From positions 74,622 through 138,621 of the forward strand of contig CBDUIC010000003.1 in the NCBI GenBank assembly GCA_965367245.1: DNA of 64,000 bases, in the 5' to 3' direction. Of the stretch, positions 35,916 to 44,595 are shown piece after piece; position 1 is the stretch's first letter; each line of letters starts with the position of its first letter. The notes beneath the pieces were generated by a model. It searched no databases and was not told where the DNA came from. It saw nothing but the letters and a program-made list of their open reading frames with translations. A program made the translations under genes and the position numbers. The DNA comes from an uncultured bacterium. Its GTDB lineage: Bacteria > Myxococcota_A > UBA796 > GCA-2862545.

Positions 35916-36713
35916 CTACCGCAGCGCTACGCGGGTCGAGCCACCCGAGCAGCTGCCCGACGGACGCTGCGGCGAAGGCGGGGGCGGCGGCACGACCGAG
36001 GCGACCACCGCGGTCTTCTGGCCCTTGTCGGCGTGCACATCGCGCACCTCGACCAGGCGGCCGTGCCGGTCATAGAACCGCACCGTCACCCGACCGGGCG
36101 ACACCGCGACCGACCGGCGCTCTCCGGGGTCCACAAACCCCACTTCCACCCCATCCACGACCGCCCTGAGCCGCTCGTGCCCCTGATTGCGGACCGACAG
36201 CCGGGTGTGGGCCACCGGCCGGTAGTCGAGGACCGTCTCGGCTCGCTGCCCCGGCTCGACCCACAGCGTGCGCACGGTCACCCGCTCGATGTGGCCCGCC
36301 TCCCGCACCCGCGCCTCGAGGTCGACCGTACCCGCCGTGACGACGAGCTCGACGGCCGTGTTCGGCGAGATCCACACCCCATCCCCCGGCCCCACGTCGA
36401 CCTGTAGGGGGACTGCGCTGGTGTTGCGCACCATCAGCGGAGCCTTGGGCGCAGCGATGGGCAGCACCGCCGTGATGCCCTTGTGGAAGTGCAGCGTGCG
36501 CGAGGCCAGCACGGCCCCACCGGGACGCTGCAGCACCACGTCGCGCTTGCCGGGCTTCACCTCGACGCGAGTGCGCGCGTCACCCCTCGCGGTGCCCTCG
36601 TAGCGACCATCGACGTAGATCGTCAGCTCGCCCTCGAAGTCGTTGTCGACCTCGAGCACGGCGTCGGCATGACCAGCGTAGGCCGCAGCGGCCAGCATCA
36701 GTGCGAAGTTCAT
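35916..36713 (-). CDS. hypothetical secreted protein with a Pro-rich C-terminus
   Basis: From the internal Met: MNFALMLAAAAYAGHA signal peptide. The body is beta-rich. The tail is VVPPPPPSPQRPSGSCSGG. Confidence 0.5.
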   Translation of the reverse strand: MNFALMLAAAAYAGHADAVLEVDNDFEGELTIYVDGRYEGTARGDARTRVEVKPGKRDVVLQRPGGAVLASRTLHFHKGITAVLPIAAPKAPLMVRNTSAVPLQVDVGPGDGVWISPNTAVELVVTAGTVDLEARVREAGHIERVTVRTLWVEPGQRAETVLDYRPVAHTRLSVRNQGHERLRAVVDGVEVGFVDPGERRSVAVSPGRVTVRFYDRHGRLVEVRDVHADKGQKTAVVASVVPPPPPSPQRPSGSCSGGSTRVALR

Positions 36714-36800
36714 GGGTCCTCCATTCTCTGCTGGCAGCCGACGGCCGCCACCGGAGGACCATTCGCCCGATGACACATCGTGAAGGGGACCCTACACGCA

Positions 36801-36837
36801 GCAAGCCCCCGGAACCGTAGGGTTGCCGGGGGCTTGC
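36801..36837 (-). terminator. strong GC hairpin (12-bp perfect stem) 3' of the TlpA-like gene. Possible intrinsic terminator or attenuator without a U-tract.
   Basis: GCAAGCCCCCGG-aaccgtagggttg-CCGGGGGCTTGC, lying between two minus-strand genes. Confidence 0.4.
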
Positions 36838-36858
36838 ATCACATCGTCGAGGCGATGA

Positions 36859-37593
36859 TCAGCCGGAGATCCAGCCGTCGATCATCTCGTCGGTCAGCCG
36901 GGCCGGGTGACCCCGCCACACGACCTTGCCGTCTTTGACCACCGCGGCCGCGGGGATGCCGCGCACACCGAAGTGCTTCGACATCGCGTCGCCCTTCTCC
37001 TTGGCGATGGGGTAGCCCACCTTGTTCTCAGCCAGGAAGGAGGTGACCTGCTCTTCGGTGATGTCGCGGGTCATCTTCGTGAGGCCGACCATGTTCAGGC
37101 CCTTGCCGTTGTACTTGGTGTAGGTCTCGGTGAGCTTGGGCACTTCGCGCTTGCAGTGGGGGCACCAGACCTCCCAGAACACGAGCAGCGTGGTGCCATC
37201 GTCGAGGCTCGCCAGGTCGCCCTGGAACCACTTGTCGACCTCGAGCTGGCCGGCATCCTTGCCGATCACTTCGAGCTCGGACTCGAGGCGGGCAGCGGCA
37301 CGCGCGGCGCGGGTCGCACCGTACTTGCTCTTCAGCTCGGCGAGCTTGGCCTTCGCCTGGTCGTACTCCATCTTCTCGGCGTGGGCGCTGGCAGCCTTCA
37401 GCAGGTCGGCGGCCGCCTGCTCCTCTTCTGCGTTCGCGGCGGCGGGGGCGCCACCCTTGGGCGCAGCCTCGAGGGCCTCGACCTTCTTCTCCAGGGCTTC
37501 GAGGCGGTTGGCCATCTCGGGATCGGCGCAGCCGCCGAGGGCAATGGCACCGATCAGGACGGTGAGAGCACTGCGAATCAAAGGGGCCTCCAT
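36859..37593 (-). CDS. TlpA/ResA-like thiol-disulfide oxidoreductase (thioredoxin fold), lipoprotein
   Basis: IALGGCADPE (lipobox), a coiled-coil linker, then the thioredoxin active site VFWEVWCPHCKREVPKL. Adjacent to the cytochrome c gene. Confidence 0.85.
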   Translation of the reverse strand: MEAPLIRSALTVLIGAIALGGCADPEMANRLEALEKKVEALEAAPKGGAPAAANAEEEQAAADLLKAASAHAEKMEYDQAKAKLAELKSKYGATRAARAAARLESELEVIGKDAGQLEVDKWFQGDLASLDDGTTLLVFWEVWCPHCKREVPKLTETYTKYNGKGLNMVGLTKMTRDITEEQVTSFLAENKVGYPIAKEKGDAMSKHFGVRGIPAAAVVKDGKVVWRGHPARLTDEMIDGWISG

Positions 37594-37704
37594 CAGACCG
37601 AAAGGATCAGGGAGGGGCCTATAACGCCCATCCTGAGGTTCGGCCGCCAGGGGCCGACGACCGACGACCTATCGCGCCACACCCTGATCACTTGTCGGGA
37701 GATG

Positions 37705-38391
37705 TCAGGCGTCGTCGGGCTTCTTCTTCAGCCGGGCCATGACCTCGGCGGCGTAGGCCTCTTGCTTCGACAACACCTTCTCCAGCGCCTGCATGTGCTC
37801 GGCCCGCGTGGCCTGGGCCAGGGGAAGGCAGAGCAGCGACACCTCGGCCATGAGCCCCGGCTCGGTGACGCGAAACACGTCGCGGTGGTCGCGGATGACC
37901 TCGATCCACCGTGCGCGCGGGCGCTCCTTCATCAGCAACAGCCCGACCCGGGGGGCCTTGGGGGCCAGCTCGGCCACCAGATCGTCGATGCGGGGATCCT
38001 CGCCCCCCGCGGTCACCACCATGCCCACCAGGGTGAGCCGACCCGCGGGCAGATAGGCCTCGCGGCTCGCGCCCTCCAGGATCACCGGGTGGGCCGCCGC
38101 TCCGTAGGCGCGGATGGCCGACCCGAGGGCTCGGGTGATGCTCGGGTCGGGGGGGGCCGAGGCGAACGCGTGGATGAGTGGCACCAGCGCCTCGTCGGCC
38201 TGGATTCGCCCCAGCGCCTGCGCGGCATGGCGCTGCTGGTGCATGGGGCGCTCGGGGTCGAGGCGCTCCAGCAGGCCCGGCAGGGCGTCGTCGCCGCACA
38301 TCACCAGACCCGACATCACCGATGACGGGAGCTCACCCTCGCCAGCAGCAGCGTCGAGCTCTTGCAGGAACTGTAGGGCAACCGGATCCAT
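37705..38391 (-). CDS. HEAT/PBS-lyase-like repeat protein (hypothetical)
   Basis: From the Met at 38391: MDPVALQFLQELDAAAG...RHAAQALGRIQADEALVPLIHAF..., a HEAT-like pattern. Confidence 0.5.
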   Translation of the reverse strand: MDPVALQFLQELDAAAGEGELPSSVMSGLVMCGDDALPGLLERLDPERPMHQQRHAAQALGRIQADEALVPLIHAFASAPPDPSITRALGSAIRAYGAAAHPVILEGASREAYLPAGRLTLVGMVVTAGGEDPRIDDLVAELAPKAPRVGLLLMKERPRARWIEVIRDHRDVFRVTEPGLMAEVSLLCLPLAQATRAEHMQALEKVLSKQEAYAAEVMARLKKKPDDA

Positions 38392-38419
38392 GGGACCTCC
38401 GTGGAGGCCGGACGATACC

Positions 38420-39295
38420 TCAGCGCCCGGCGCCGGAGCCCACCGCGACAGCGACCAGCACGTCGGCGCTGCCACCAGCGATCCGCAGCTTGGGCTCGGC
38501 GAACACGAACAGCCGCCGCCCCACTCGCGTCCAGGTCTGCGACCAGCCGACGCGGGCTGCGACGCTGGGACCGACGCCGAAGGCGCGCTCGTTGATCTGC
38601 GTGGAGTTGTCGCTCCAGTACATCAATGCAGGGCCACCCGACACGCCCAGCTGCATGCCGAACGGCGTGACCAGGTCGTAGGCCAAGGCAGGCTCCGTCA
38701 CGAGCAGCGTGTGGATGCCCATGTCACCCTCGGAGGTGAAGCTGAGCTGGCCGCCGATCCGGTGCAGGCCGAAGTTCTTGCCCCAGGCTCCCCGAAGGCC
38801 GAAGCCGACCCAGGGCGGCACGGTGTCGCGGAAGTAGGACACCTGGCCGTAGCTCACCTGCACCGCGAACTCGTAGCTGGTGGAGGGAGGGATCCGGTCG
38901 ATGGTGAGGGTGGGGATGGGCAGCTCGTCTTCCGGCGGCGGCGGCGGCGGCAGCATCATCGGGGCCGACGACAGCTTGCGAGCCTCGGGCGCCTCGGCCG
39001 GCTCCTTGGTCGCCGTAGCTTCCGCCTCGGGCGCCTCCGCAGGCTCCTTGGTCGCCGTGGCCTCCGCCTCGGGCGCCTCCGCAGGCTCCTTGGTCGCCGT
39101 GGCCTCCGCCTCGGGCGCCTCGGCGGGCTTCTTGGTGGCCGTGGGCTCGGCAGGAGCCGCCTTCGTGGCCTCGCCTGCGTCTTCCTCAGCCGCGCCCTTC
39201 GTGGCTTCCTCGGCTTCGGGGGCCGCCGCATCCTGAGCCAGCGCAGGCCCGGACCACCATCCGCCCACAATCAACAAGGCGATCGTTCGAGTCAC
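38420..39295 (-). CDS. secreted repeat protein (Ala/Glu/Pro/Thr-rich 14-aa tandem repeats) with a C-terminal beta-rich domain
   Basis: The GTG start at 39295 is preceded by GGAGG (5-nt spacer). Signal peptide VTRTIALLIVGGWWSGPALA. The unit ATKEPAEAPEAEAT occurs 3.5 times. The C-terminal domain has alternating hydrophobic and aromatic residues. Confidence 0.55.
   Translation of the reverse strand: MTRTIALLIVGGWWSGPALAQDAAAPEAEEATKGAAEEDAGEATKAAPAEPTATKKPAEAPEAEATATKEPAEAPEAEATATKEPAEAPEAEATATKEPAEAPEARKLSSAPMMLPPPPPPEDELPIPTLTIDRIPPSTSYEFAVQVSYGQVSYFRDTVPPWVGFGLRGAWGKNFGLHRIGGQLSFTSEGDMGIHTLLVTEPALAYDLVTPFGMQLGVSGGPALMYWSDNSTQINERAFGVGPSVAARVGWSQTWTRVGRRLFVFAEPKLRIAGGSADVLVAVAVGSGAGR
38970..39145. 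repeat. 42-nt tandem repeat, about 3.5 copies, in-frame within the secreted repeat protein
   Basis: ggctccttggtcgccgtggcctccgcctcgggcgcctccgcag repeated with 1-3 substitutions per copy. Confidence 0.8.
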
Positions 39296-39372
39296 TGTGT
39301 CCTCCGTACCTGTCGACTCGTCGAGAGCCTGCCACTGCGATCGTAATCTCCACCGATACGTGGAGCCACCGC

Positions 39373-39942
39373 TTGGACACGCCAGCCGACGAGCCCATCG
39401 CACCTCGTACCCTCCTGTGGAGGGCCGCGGTCGGTCTGTTAACGCTGTTCGCCGGCGTTGCGGCCCTGGGCTTCCTCCTGCGCGAGCCCCTCGAGTGGCT
39501 CGCCGCGTGGTTCGTCGGCAACCTCGGCCTCCCCGGCGTCGTGCTCGCGGTCACCATCGTCGACACCCTCCCCCTCACCCACGAGCCCGTGCTCCTGCTC
39601 GCGTGGTCGGGCGGCATTCCCTTCTGGCACATCTGGGCAGCGGCCAGCGCGGGCTCCGTCGCCGCGGGGGTCATCGGCTGGTTCCTCGGGCGAGCCCTCG
39701 GCGGGCGACCGACCGTGCAGCGCTTCTTCGATCGCTACCGGCTCAGCAGCTTCCTCGATCGCTACGGGGCCTGGGCCGTCGCCGTCGCCGCCCTCACCCC
39801 CTTCCCCTACGCCGTGGCCACCTGGGCCGCTGGCGCCGCGCGGGTTCCCCTCGTCCTCGTGTTCGCCGGCAGCCTCGTGCGGCTGCTCAAGGTGTGGATC
39901 TACCTGTCGCTCATCGTGCTGGGCTGGTCGGCGGGAGGGTGA
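39373..39942 (+). CDS. DedA/VTT-domain (SNARE-associated) membrane protein
   Basis: 189 aa, multi-TM. Motif F(x)GxxxGxxxG-like region GWFLGRALGGRP with a C-terminal re-entrant pattern typical of DedA. Confidence 0.75.
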   Translation: MDTPADEPIAPRTLLWRAAVGLLTLFAGVAALGFLLREPLEWLAAWFVGNLGLPGVVLAVTIVDTLPLTHEPVLLLAWSGGIPFWHIWAAASAGSVAAGVIGWFLGRALGGRPTVQRFFDRYRLSSFLDRYGAWAVAVAALTPFPYAVATWAAGAARVPLVLVFAGSLVRLLKVWIYLSLIVLGWSAGG

Positions 39943-40855
39943 GGGTGCGGGCGAGGTCGGCCGCCCCCTCCTCCAGGAGAGCCTCGACCCGGGCCAGCTG
40001 CTCGACCGGCCATCCCGCGTGGCGCGGGCGGCAGCCATCGAGCCACAGCCGCCGTAGCGCCGCCGCATCCACCGGCCGCGCCGATGGGTCGACCTGCAGG
40101 GCCGCCTCCACCGCGTGCTTCAGCCTCAGGGGGACCACCCTCTCAGGGGGCAGCGCGGGGGCCCTGCCGCTCCCCATCCGCCCGCTCGGCCTCGCCCCCT
40201 CGGGAAACGCGCGGGTGCCCGCCACCAGCTCGAACAGGATGGCGCCCAGCGCGAACACATCGGCCCGCGTGTCGACCCGTGCCCCCATCACCTGCTCGGG
40301 TGCCATGTACGACGGCGTGCCCGCGATCTCGGGTCGCGAGCCGTCGAGCACGTGCACCAGCCCGAAGTCTGCCACCTTGGCCCGCACCCGGTCCCCGTCC
40401 ACCTCCACGAGGATGTTCGACGGCTTCAGATCTCGGTGGACCACCCCTGCCGCGTGGGCCGCCCCTACGCCATCGAGCACATCGAGGGCCAGCCCGTCGA
40501 TCGCGTCGAGGCCCAGCCGCTCCTGGGCGAGCAGCGTCGCCAGTGACACGCCTCGCACGAGGTCCATCACCAACCCCAGGGTGTCGCCCACGTCGATCAC
40601 GTCGGTCACCGGCACCACCTGCGGATGGCGCAGCGACGCCTGCACCCGACCTTCCGACAGCAGCCGCGCCTCCAGCGACGGGCTCGCCCGGCGCAGCACC
40701 TTCAGCGCGTGGCTCGTGCCCAGCCGCGTGTGCACCACCTCGTACACCACCGCCATCCCGCCCTGCCCCACCACGCGGACCACCCGGTAGCGCTCCACCT
40801 CGTCGCCCGGGGCGAGGATCACGTCAGGCCCACCCGCGCCTTGGCGCGGTACCAC
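39911..40855 (-). CDS. serine/threonine protein kinase (Hanks-type)
   Basis: YRVVRVVGQGGMAVVYEV...ALKVL, HRDLKPSNILV, DFGLV, and GTPSYMAPEQ. Its start overlaps the upstream activator by 37 nt. Confidence 0.8.
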   Translation of the reverse strand: MVPRQGAGGPDVILAPGDEVERYRVVRVVGQGGMAVVYEVVHTRLGTSHALKVLRRASPSLEARLLSEGRVQASLRHPQVVPVTDVIDVGDTLGLVMDLVRGVSLATLLAQERLGLDAIDGLALDVLDGVGAAHAAGVVHRDLKPSNILVEVDGDRVRAKVADFGLVHVLDGSRPEIAGTPSYMAPEQVMGARVDTRADVFALGAILFELVAGTRAFPEGARPSGRMGSGRAPALPPERVVPLRLKHAVEAALQVDPSARPVDAAALRRLWLDGCRPRHAGWPVEQLARVEALLEEGAADLARTLTLPPTSPAR

Positions 40856-42531
40856 GCCCCGTGGGACAGCCCCAGCGCCTCGCGGGCCTTCGTCTGGTGG
40901 CCGTCATGGGCCGCCAGGGCGGCCTCCAGCAGCGCCCGCTCGTAGTCGCGCATCGCCTGCCCGTGGTCGGCCACCGGCACCGACGGAATCGGCGTGCCTG
41001 ACGGCGCCACCACCCCCGGCTCCGGCAGGTGGGCGACCTCGATCTGCCCTGCCCCCTGGTGCAGGGCGGCGACAAGGGCCTGGCGCACGTCGGCCTCGAG
41101 GCCCCGCACGTTGCGGCCCGGGTACTGGCGGCGCCCCAGCTGCCACAGCGCCGCATCCGACCACCCCGGCCCCCCTGGCAGCCCCAGCCGCGCCAGCTCC
41201 CGGGTACGCAGTGCCTGCGCCAGAGCGGGGATGTCTTGCGGGTGATCAGACAGCGGAGGTACCCTCAAGACCACCTGAGCGAGCCGATCATACAGGTCAC
41301 GGCGAAGAACGCCTTGGTCGATCGGGCGGTTGGTCGCGGCCACGATGCGCCCCTCGAACCGACGCTCGGTCTCTCCACCGACCCGACGGAAGGCGCCACG
41401 GTCGAGGAGTACCAGCAGCTTGGCCTGCACGGCATCGGGGAGGTCGCCCACCTCATCGAGGAACAGCGTGCCGCCTGCAGCCTGCTCCACCCATCCCAGG
41501 TGGACCTCCCCCGCGCCCGTGAACGCCCCCGCCTCGTGGCCGAACAGCGTGCTCTCGGCCGTGCCTTCGGCCAGCGTAGCCGCGTTGACGTGCACGAAGG
41601 GCCCCTCACGCCCCGAGAGGCGATGGAGCGCCTCGGCGAGGTGGGTCTTGCCGGTACCGCGCTCGCCCAGCAACAGCACCGCATAGGGAAAGGGAGCGAA
41701 GGCCTCCAGCCGGTCGAACAGCGCCGACATCGCCGGCCCCGTGCCCACCAGGCCGTCGGCACGCGGGGGGGCCTCGGCAGCCGCCTCGGCCGGCAGGTCG
41801 ATCACCTGGGACGCCAGGAAGCACAGCGCCTCTACCCGTTCCCGACAGCTCGCTCCGAACCGCCCTGCGCCGCGGCGGTCAGACAGGAACAGCGCTCCCC
41901 CTGGCCCCAGCGGGAGGCAGCCCACCGACCGGAGCCCCTGCACCGAGCCGGCCGCCTCCCACTCTGGCTGCCCATGGGCATCATCGGCCCACCAGGGCCG
42001 CCCGCTGGCCGCCACATCCGCCACGATGGAGCGGCTGATCCGACCCGGCGGCGGCACCGTCGACAGGTCACCCGATGCCGACGCCAGCCCGATCAGCTCG
42101 TCGGCTTCCCAGCGAACCGCCCACACGTCGGGGGCCCGACTCACCTGGGCCACCGCCTCCACCAGAGCCTGCAGCCGCGCCTGCTGCGACCCCCGTGCGA
42201 TCGATGCGAGGTGCCGCGCCGCCCACCGCCAGGGCGCCTCCGCCACCCCCGCCAGCCGCAGCGCCACCGTGCCCACCTGCACCCGCTGCCCCTCCCCCAC
42301 CACCGCCTCGCTCACCCGCTCCCCGTCGACCTTCAGGCCGTTCTTGGAGCCGAGATCCCGCACCTGCATGCCCCGGGGGTGAGGGTGGACCTCGGCGTGC
42401 ACCTTCGACACGCCCTCGGCATCGACCACCACGTCACAGCGCGTGGGGTCGCGCCCCACGACCAGGTGCCCGGTCAGGGGCCGAACCCCGACGACCTCGC
42501 CGTCTCGCCACACCTCGACACGCCATGCCAT
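40819..42531 (-). CDS. sigma-54-dependent transcriptional activator (NtrC/Fis family) with an N-terminal FHA domain and a GAF-like middle domain
   Basis: FHA: RPLTGHLVVGRDPTRCDVVVDAEGVSKVHAEV. AAA+ region: LLLGERGTGKTHLAEALH, GAFTGA, GGTLFLDEVGDL. C-terminal Fis-type HTH: TKAREALGLSHGAWYRAKARVGL. Confidence 0.85.
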   Translation of the reverse strand: MAWRVEVWRDGEVVGVRPLTGHLVVGRDPTRCDVVVDAEGVSKVHAEVHPHPRGMQVRDLGSKNGLKVDGERVSEAVVGEGQRVQVGTVALRLAGVAEAPWRWAARHLASIARGSQQARLQALVEAVAQVSRAPDVWAVRWEADELIGLASASGDLSTVPPPGRISRSIVADVAASGRPWWADDAHGQPEWEAAGSVQGLRSVGCLPLGPGGALFLSDRRGAGRFGASCRERVEALCFLASQVIDLPAEAAAEAPPRADGLVGTGPAMSALFDRLEAFAPFPYAVLLLGERGTGKTHLAEALHRLSGREGPFVHVNAATLAEGTAESTLFGHEAGAFTGAGEVHLGWVEQAAGGTLFLDEVGDLPDAVQAKLLVLLDRGAFRRVGGETERRFEGRIVAATNRPIDQGVLRRDLYDRLAQVVLRVPPLSDHPQDIPALAQALRTRELARLGLPGGPGWSDAALWQLGRRQYPGRNVRGLEADVRQALVAALHQGAGQIEVAHLPEPGVVAPSGTPIPSVPVADHGQAMRDYERALLEAALAAHDGHQTKAREALGLSHGAWYRAKARVGLT

Positions 42532-42540
42532 CGGAGCACC

Positions 42541-43182
42541 TTACCCTGTGCGACCGAGGGAGCGCCCCACCTGCGCCAGCCGTACCGCGGCGTCCACCGC
42601 CTCACATCGCTCGGTACCGACGTGCACCCAGCGCCGGCCCTCGAGCAGCGCCTGATCGACCGCGGCCTGCTGCATCGCCAGCCAACCTCGCACCACGCGC
42701 ACCTGCAGCGGCCACTCCTCCAAGGTCGCGAAGGCCACGAATCCCTCCACCGCGACCAGCTCCAGCCCATGGGGGGTGCACATCATCCGGGCATACACAT
42801 CTTCGGGACCCCGCACACCGCGCGGGTCGCGCCAGAACGCCCGAGCACGGCGCACCACCTCCCCCAGCCTCCCCAAGGCCAGCTTCCCTCGCCACAGCCC
42901 CACGAGCAGCAGCGGCCCCACCCCCACGACCCCCGCCCATCGCAGCCGGTGCAGGGCCGGGGCAAGGTCGACCGGGGGCACGTCCACTCCCAACACCGCC
43001 AGCAAGAACGACAGGTACAGCTCGTCGAGCTGCAGCTGCCAGGCCGCCGACAGCGCAACGCCGACCGACAGCAGCCCGCCACACACCACCGCCCACGACC
43101 ACCGCGGCGCCAGCCGCTGCTGCACGGCCAGCCGCGCCCCCGAAGGCGGCACCGCCAGCCCCAGACCCAACCACCACCGCAT
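42541..43182 (-). CDS. hypothetical membrane protein
   Basis: From the internal Met: MRWWLGLGLAVPP, then two or three hydrophobic helices. Moderate composition quality. Confidence 0.4.
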   Translation of the reverse strand: MRWWLGLGLAVPPSGARLAVQQRLAPRWSWAVVCGGLLSVGVALSAAWQLQLDELYLSFLLAVLGVDVPPVDLAPALHRLRWAGVVGVGPLLLVGLWRGKLALGRLGEVVRRARAFWRDPRGVRGPEDVYARMMCTPHGLELVAVEGFVAFATLEEWPLQVRVVRGWLAMQQAAVDQALLEGRRWVHVGTERCEAVDAAVRLAQVGRSLGRTG

Positions 43183-43326
43183 GCGACCTCCCGGCCCCAT
43201 GCACTGCACTGTTCGTGCCTCCCAGGACGCGGGTCGCGCCGTGCGGGCCTTGTCCGGAATCCGGACAACGAACATTCGCTCCCCCATGCGAGCGATACGT
43301 ACTTGATGTATGAGCAGCTCTTACTT

Positions 43327-44109
43327 CTAGGGGCGAGCGATGGGCGCGCCGTCGCCGCCGTACACCGGCTGGTGCGAGGCCCCGTAGTGCGTCGGCGCCC
43401 ACGCCGTGGCGCGCTTCTCCACCCCACGCAGCACCGACTCGAGGCGCATCATCACCAGCTTCGAGACCATCCAGTCGGGGATGGCCCCGCCGACCACGCT
43501 GCTGGCCTGGTAGGCGAGCAACACCTTGTCTTCCACCTCGATCATCATCCACGACCCCCGGTTCACCGGGGTGAAGATCGCGTGCTCCAGATGGTCGACG
43601 CCGATCCCCTCCACCGGCGTCGGGCTCACCATGCCCCGCACCTGCTCCAGCCCGTCGGGCACCAGCGACCACACGTGCTCCCACGCCTGCCCCTCGGTGG
43701 CCCGTGCCAGCTCGTGGTTGTTGTAGCTGTCGACCACCCACTGCCGATCCTTCACCGGTCGGGGGAGGTCCCAGTAGCCATACCAGGTGGCCGCATCCGG
43801 GCCCTTGTGGGTGACCACGAACTCCGTGAGATCGGGGTCGACCTGGGCGTGGGGGTCCTGGGCAGCGAGCCACAGCGCATCCCGCTCCACCGTCGTGAGC
43901 AGCAAGCCCGTCGCCGCCGAGGCCCCTCCGGGGTCGGCGCTGGGGGCGAGCACCCTCACGCAGTCGCCGTCGATCAGCTGCTGGAGCTGGGCAGGCGTGA
44001 GGGAGGGCAGCCGGTGGACGGCACCTTCGTCGTAGGCATCGATGGACGCCTGCAGCGCCGCGACCGAGGGGGCGGCGGCGGCCATCGAGATCAGCACGGT
44101 CCACATCAA
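43327..44109 (-). CDS. hypothetical secreted protein
   Basis: MMWTVLISMAAAAPSVAAL signal peptide. 260 aa with balanced composition. No family recognised. Confidence 0.5.
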   Translation of the reverse strand: MMWTVLISMAAAAPSVAALQASIDAYDEGAVHRLPSLTPAQLQQLIDGDCVRVLAPSADPGGASAATGLLLTTVERDALWLAAQDPHAQVDPDLTEFVVTHKGPDAATWYGYWDLPRPVKDRQWVVDSYNNHELARATEGQAWEHVWSLVPDGLEQVRGMVSPTPVEGIGVDHLEHAIFTPVNRGSWMMIEVEDKVLLAYQASSVVGGAIPDWMVSKLVMMRLESVLRGVEKRATAWAPTHYGASHQPVYGGDGAPIARP

Positions 44110-44190
44110 GACGATCCTCCCATGTCAGCAGCGTACTCAACATCTGCCGACCTTGTGTCGAAGGGGGGTCCACACGCCCAGGGGGCCCTG

Positions 44191-44547
44191 ATGTACGCAT
44201 CCCGTCGAGAGCACGTCCGCATTCCCACCAACGTCGAGGTCACGGTCGGTAGCGACCACAACTTCTTCGTAGGCTGGTCCGAGAACATCAGCGAGGGCGG
44301 GCTGTTCATCGCCACCCACCAGCTGCACCCGCTGGGCACCCGCTTCGACGTGACCCTGTCGGTGCCCCCGCTGCTGCCCGAGACCACGATCACCTGCGAA
44401 GTGCGGTGGCTTCGGCAGACCGACGAGCTCACCAGCGACTGCAGCCCGGGCATGGGGATGTCGTTCGTCGACCTCTCCCCCAGCGACGAGGCAGCCATCC
44501 AGCGCTTCCTCGCCGAGCAGCGCGAGGCCCTGTTCGTCGACATCTGA
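44191..44547 (+). CDS. PilZ-domain protein (c-di-GMP-binding type)
   Basis: 118 aa: MYASRREHVRIPTNVEVTVGSDHNFFVGWSENISEGGLFIATHQ. The RxxxR...(D/N)xSxGG PilZ signature is present. The gene lies inside a long spurious ORF (41029-44547). Confidence 0.7.
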   Translation: MYASRREHVRIPTNVEVTVGSDHNFFVGWSENISEGGLFIATHQLHPLGTRFDVTLSVPPLLPETTITCEVRWLRQTDELTSDCSPGMGMSFVDLSPSDEAAIQRFLAEQREALFVDI

Positions 44548-44595
44548 CGGTCGACAACTCGCCGATGGGCAGGCATAGGTGGTGCAGGAGGTACC

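Noticed and set aside
42075-43313. 412-aa plus-strand Pro/Ala/Arg-rich ORF
   Set aside because: Extremely low-complexity composition (PAPA/RRPR runs). It overlaps better-supported minus-strand genes, so it is a GC-skew artefact.
41029-44547. 1172-aa plus-strand ORF
   Set aside because: Almost all of it is Arg/Pro/His-rich nonsense lying antisense to the sigma-54 activator and neighbouring minus-strand genes. Only its last 118 codons form a credible PilZ-domain gene (44191-44547), which is reported separately.
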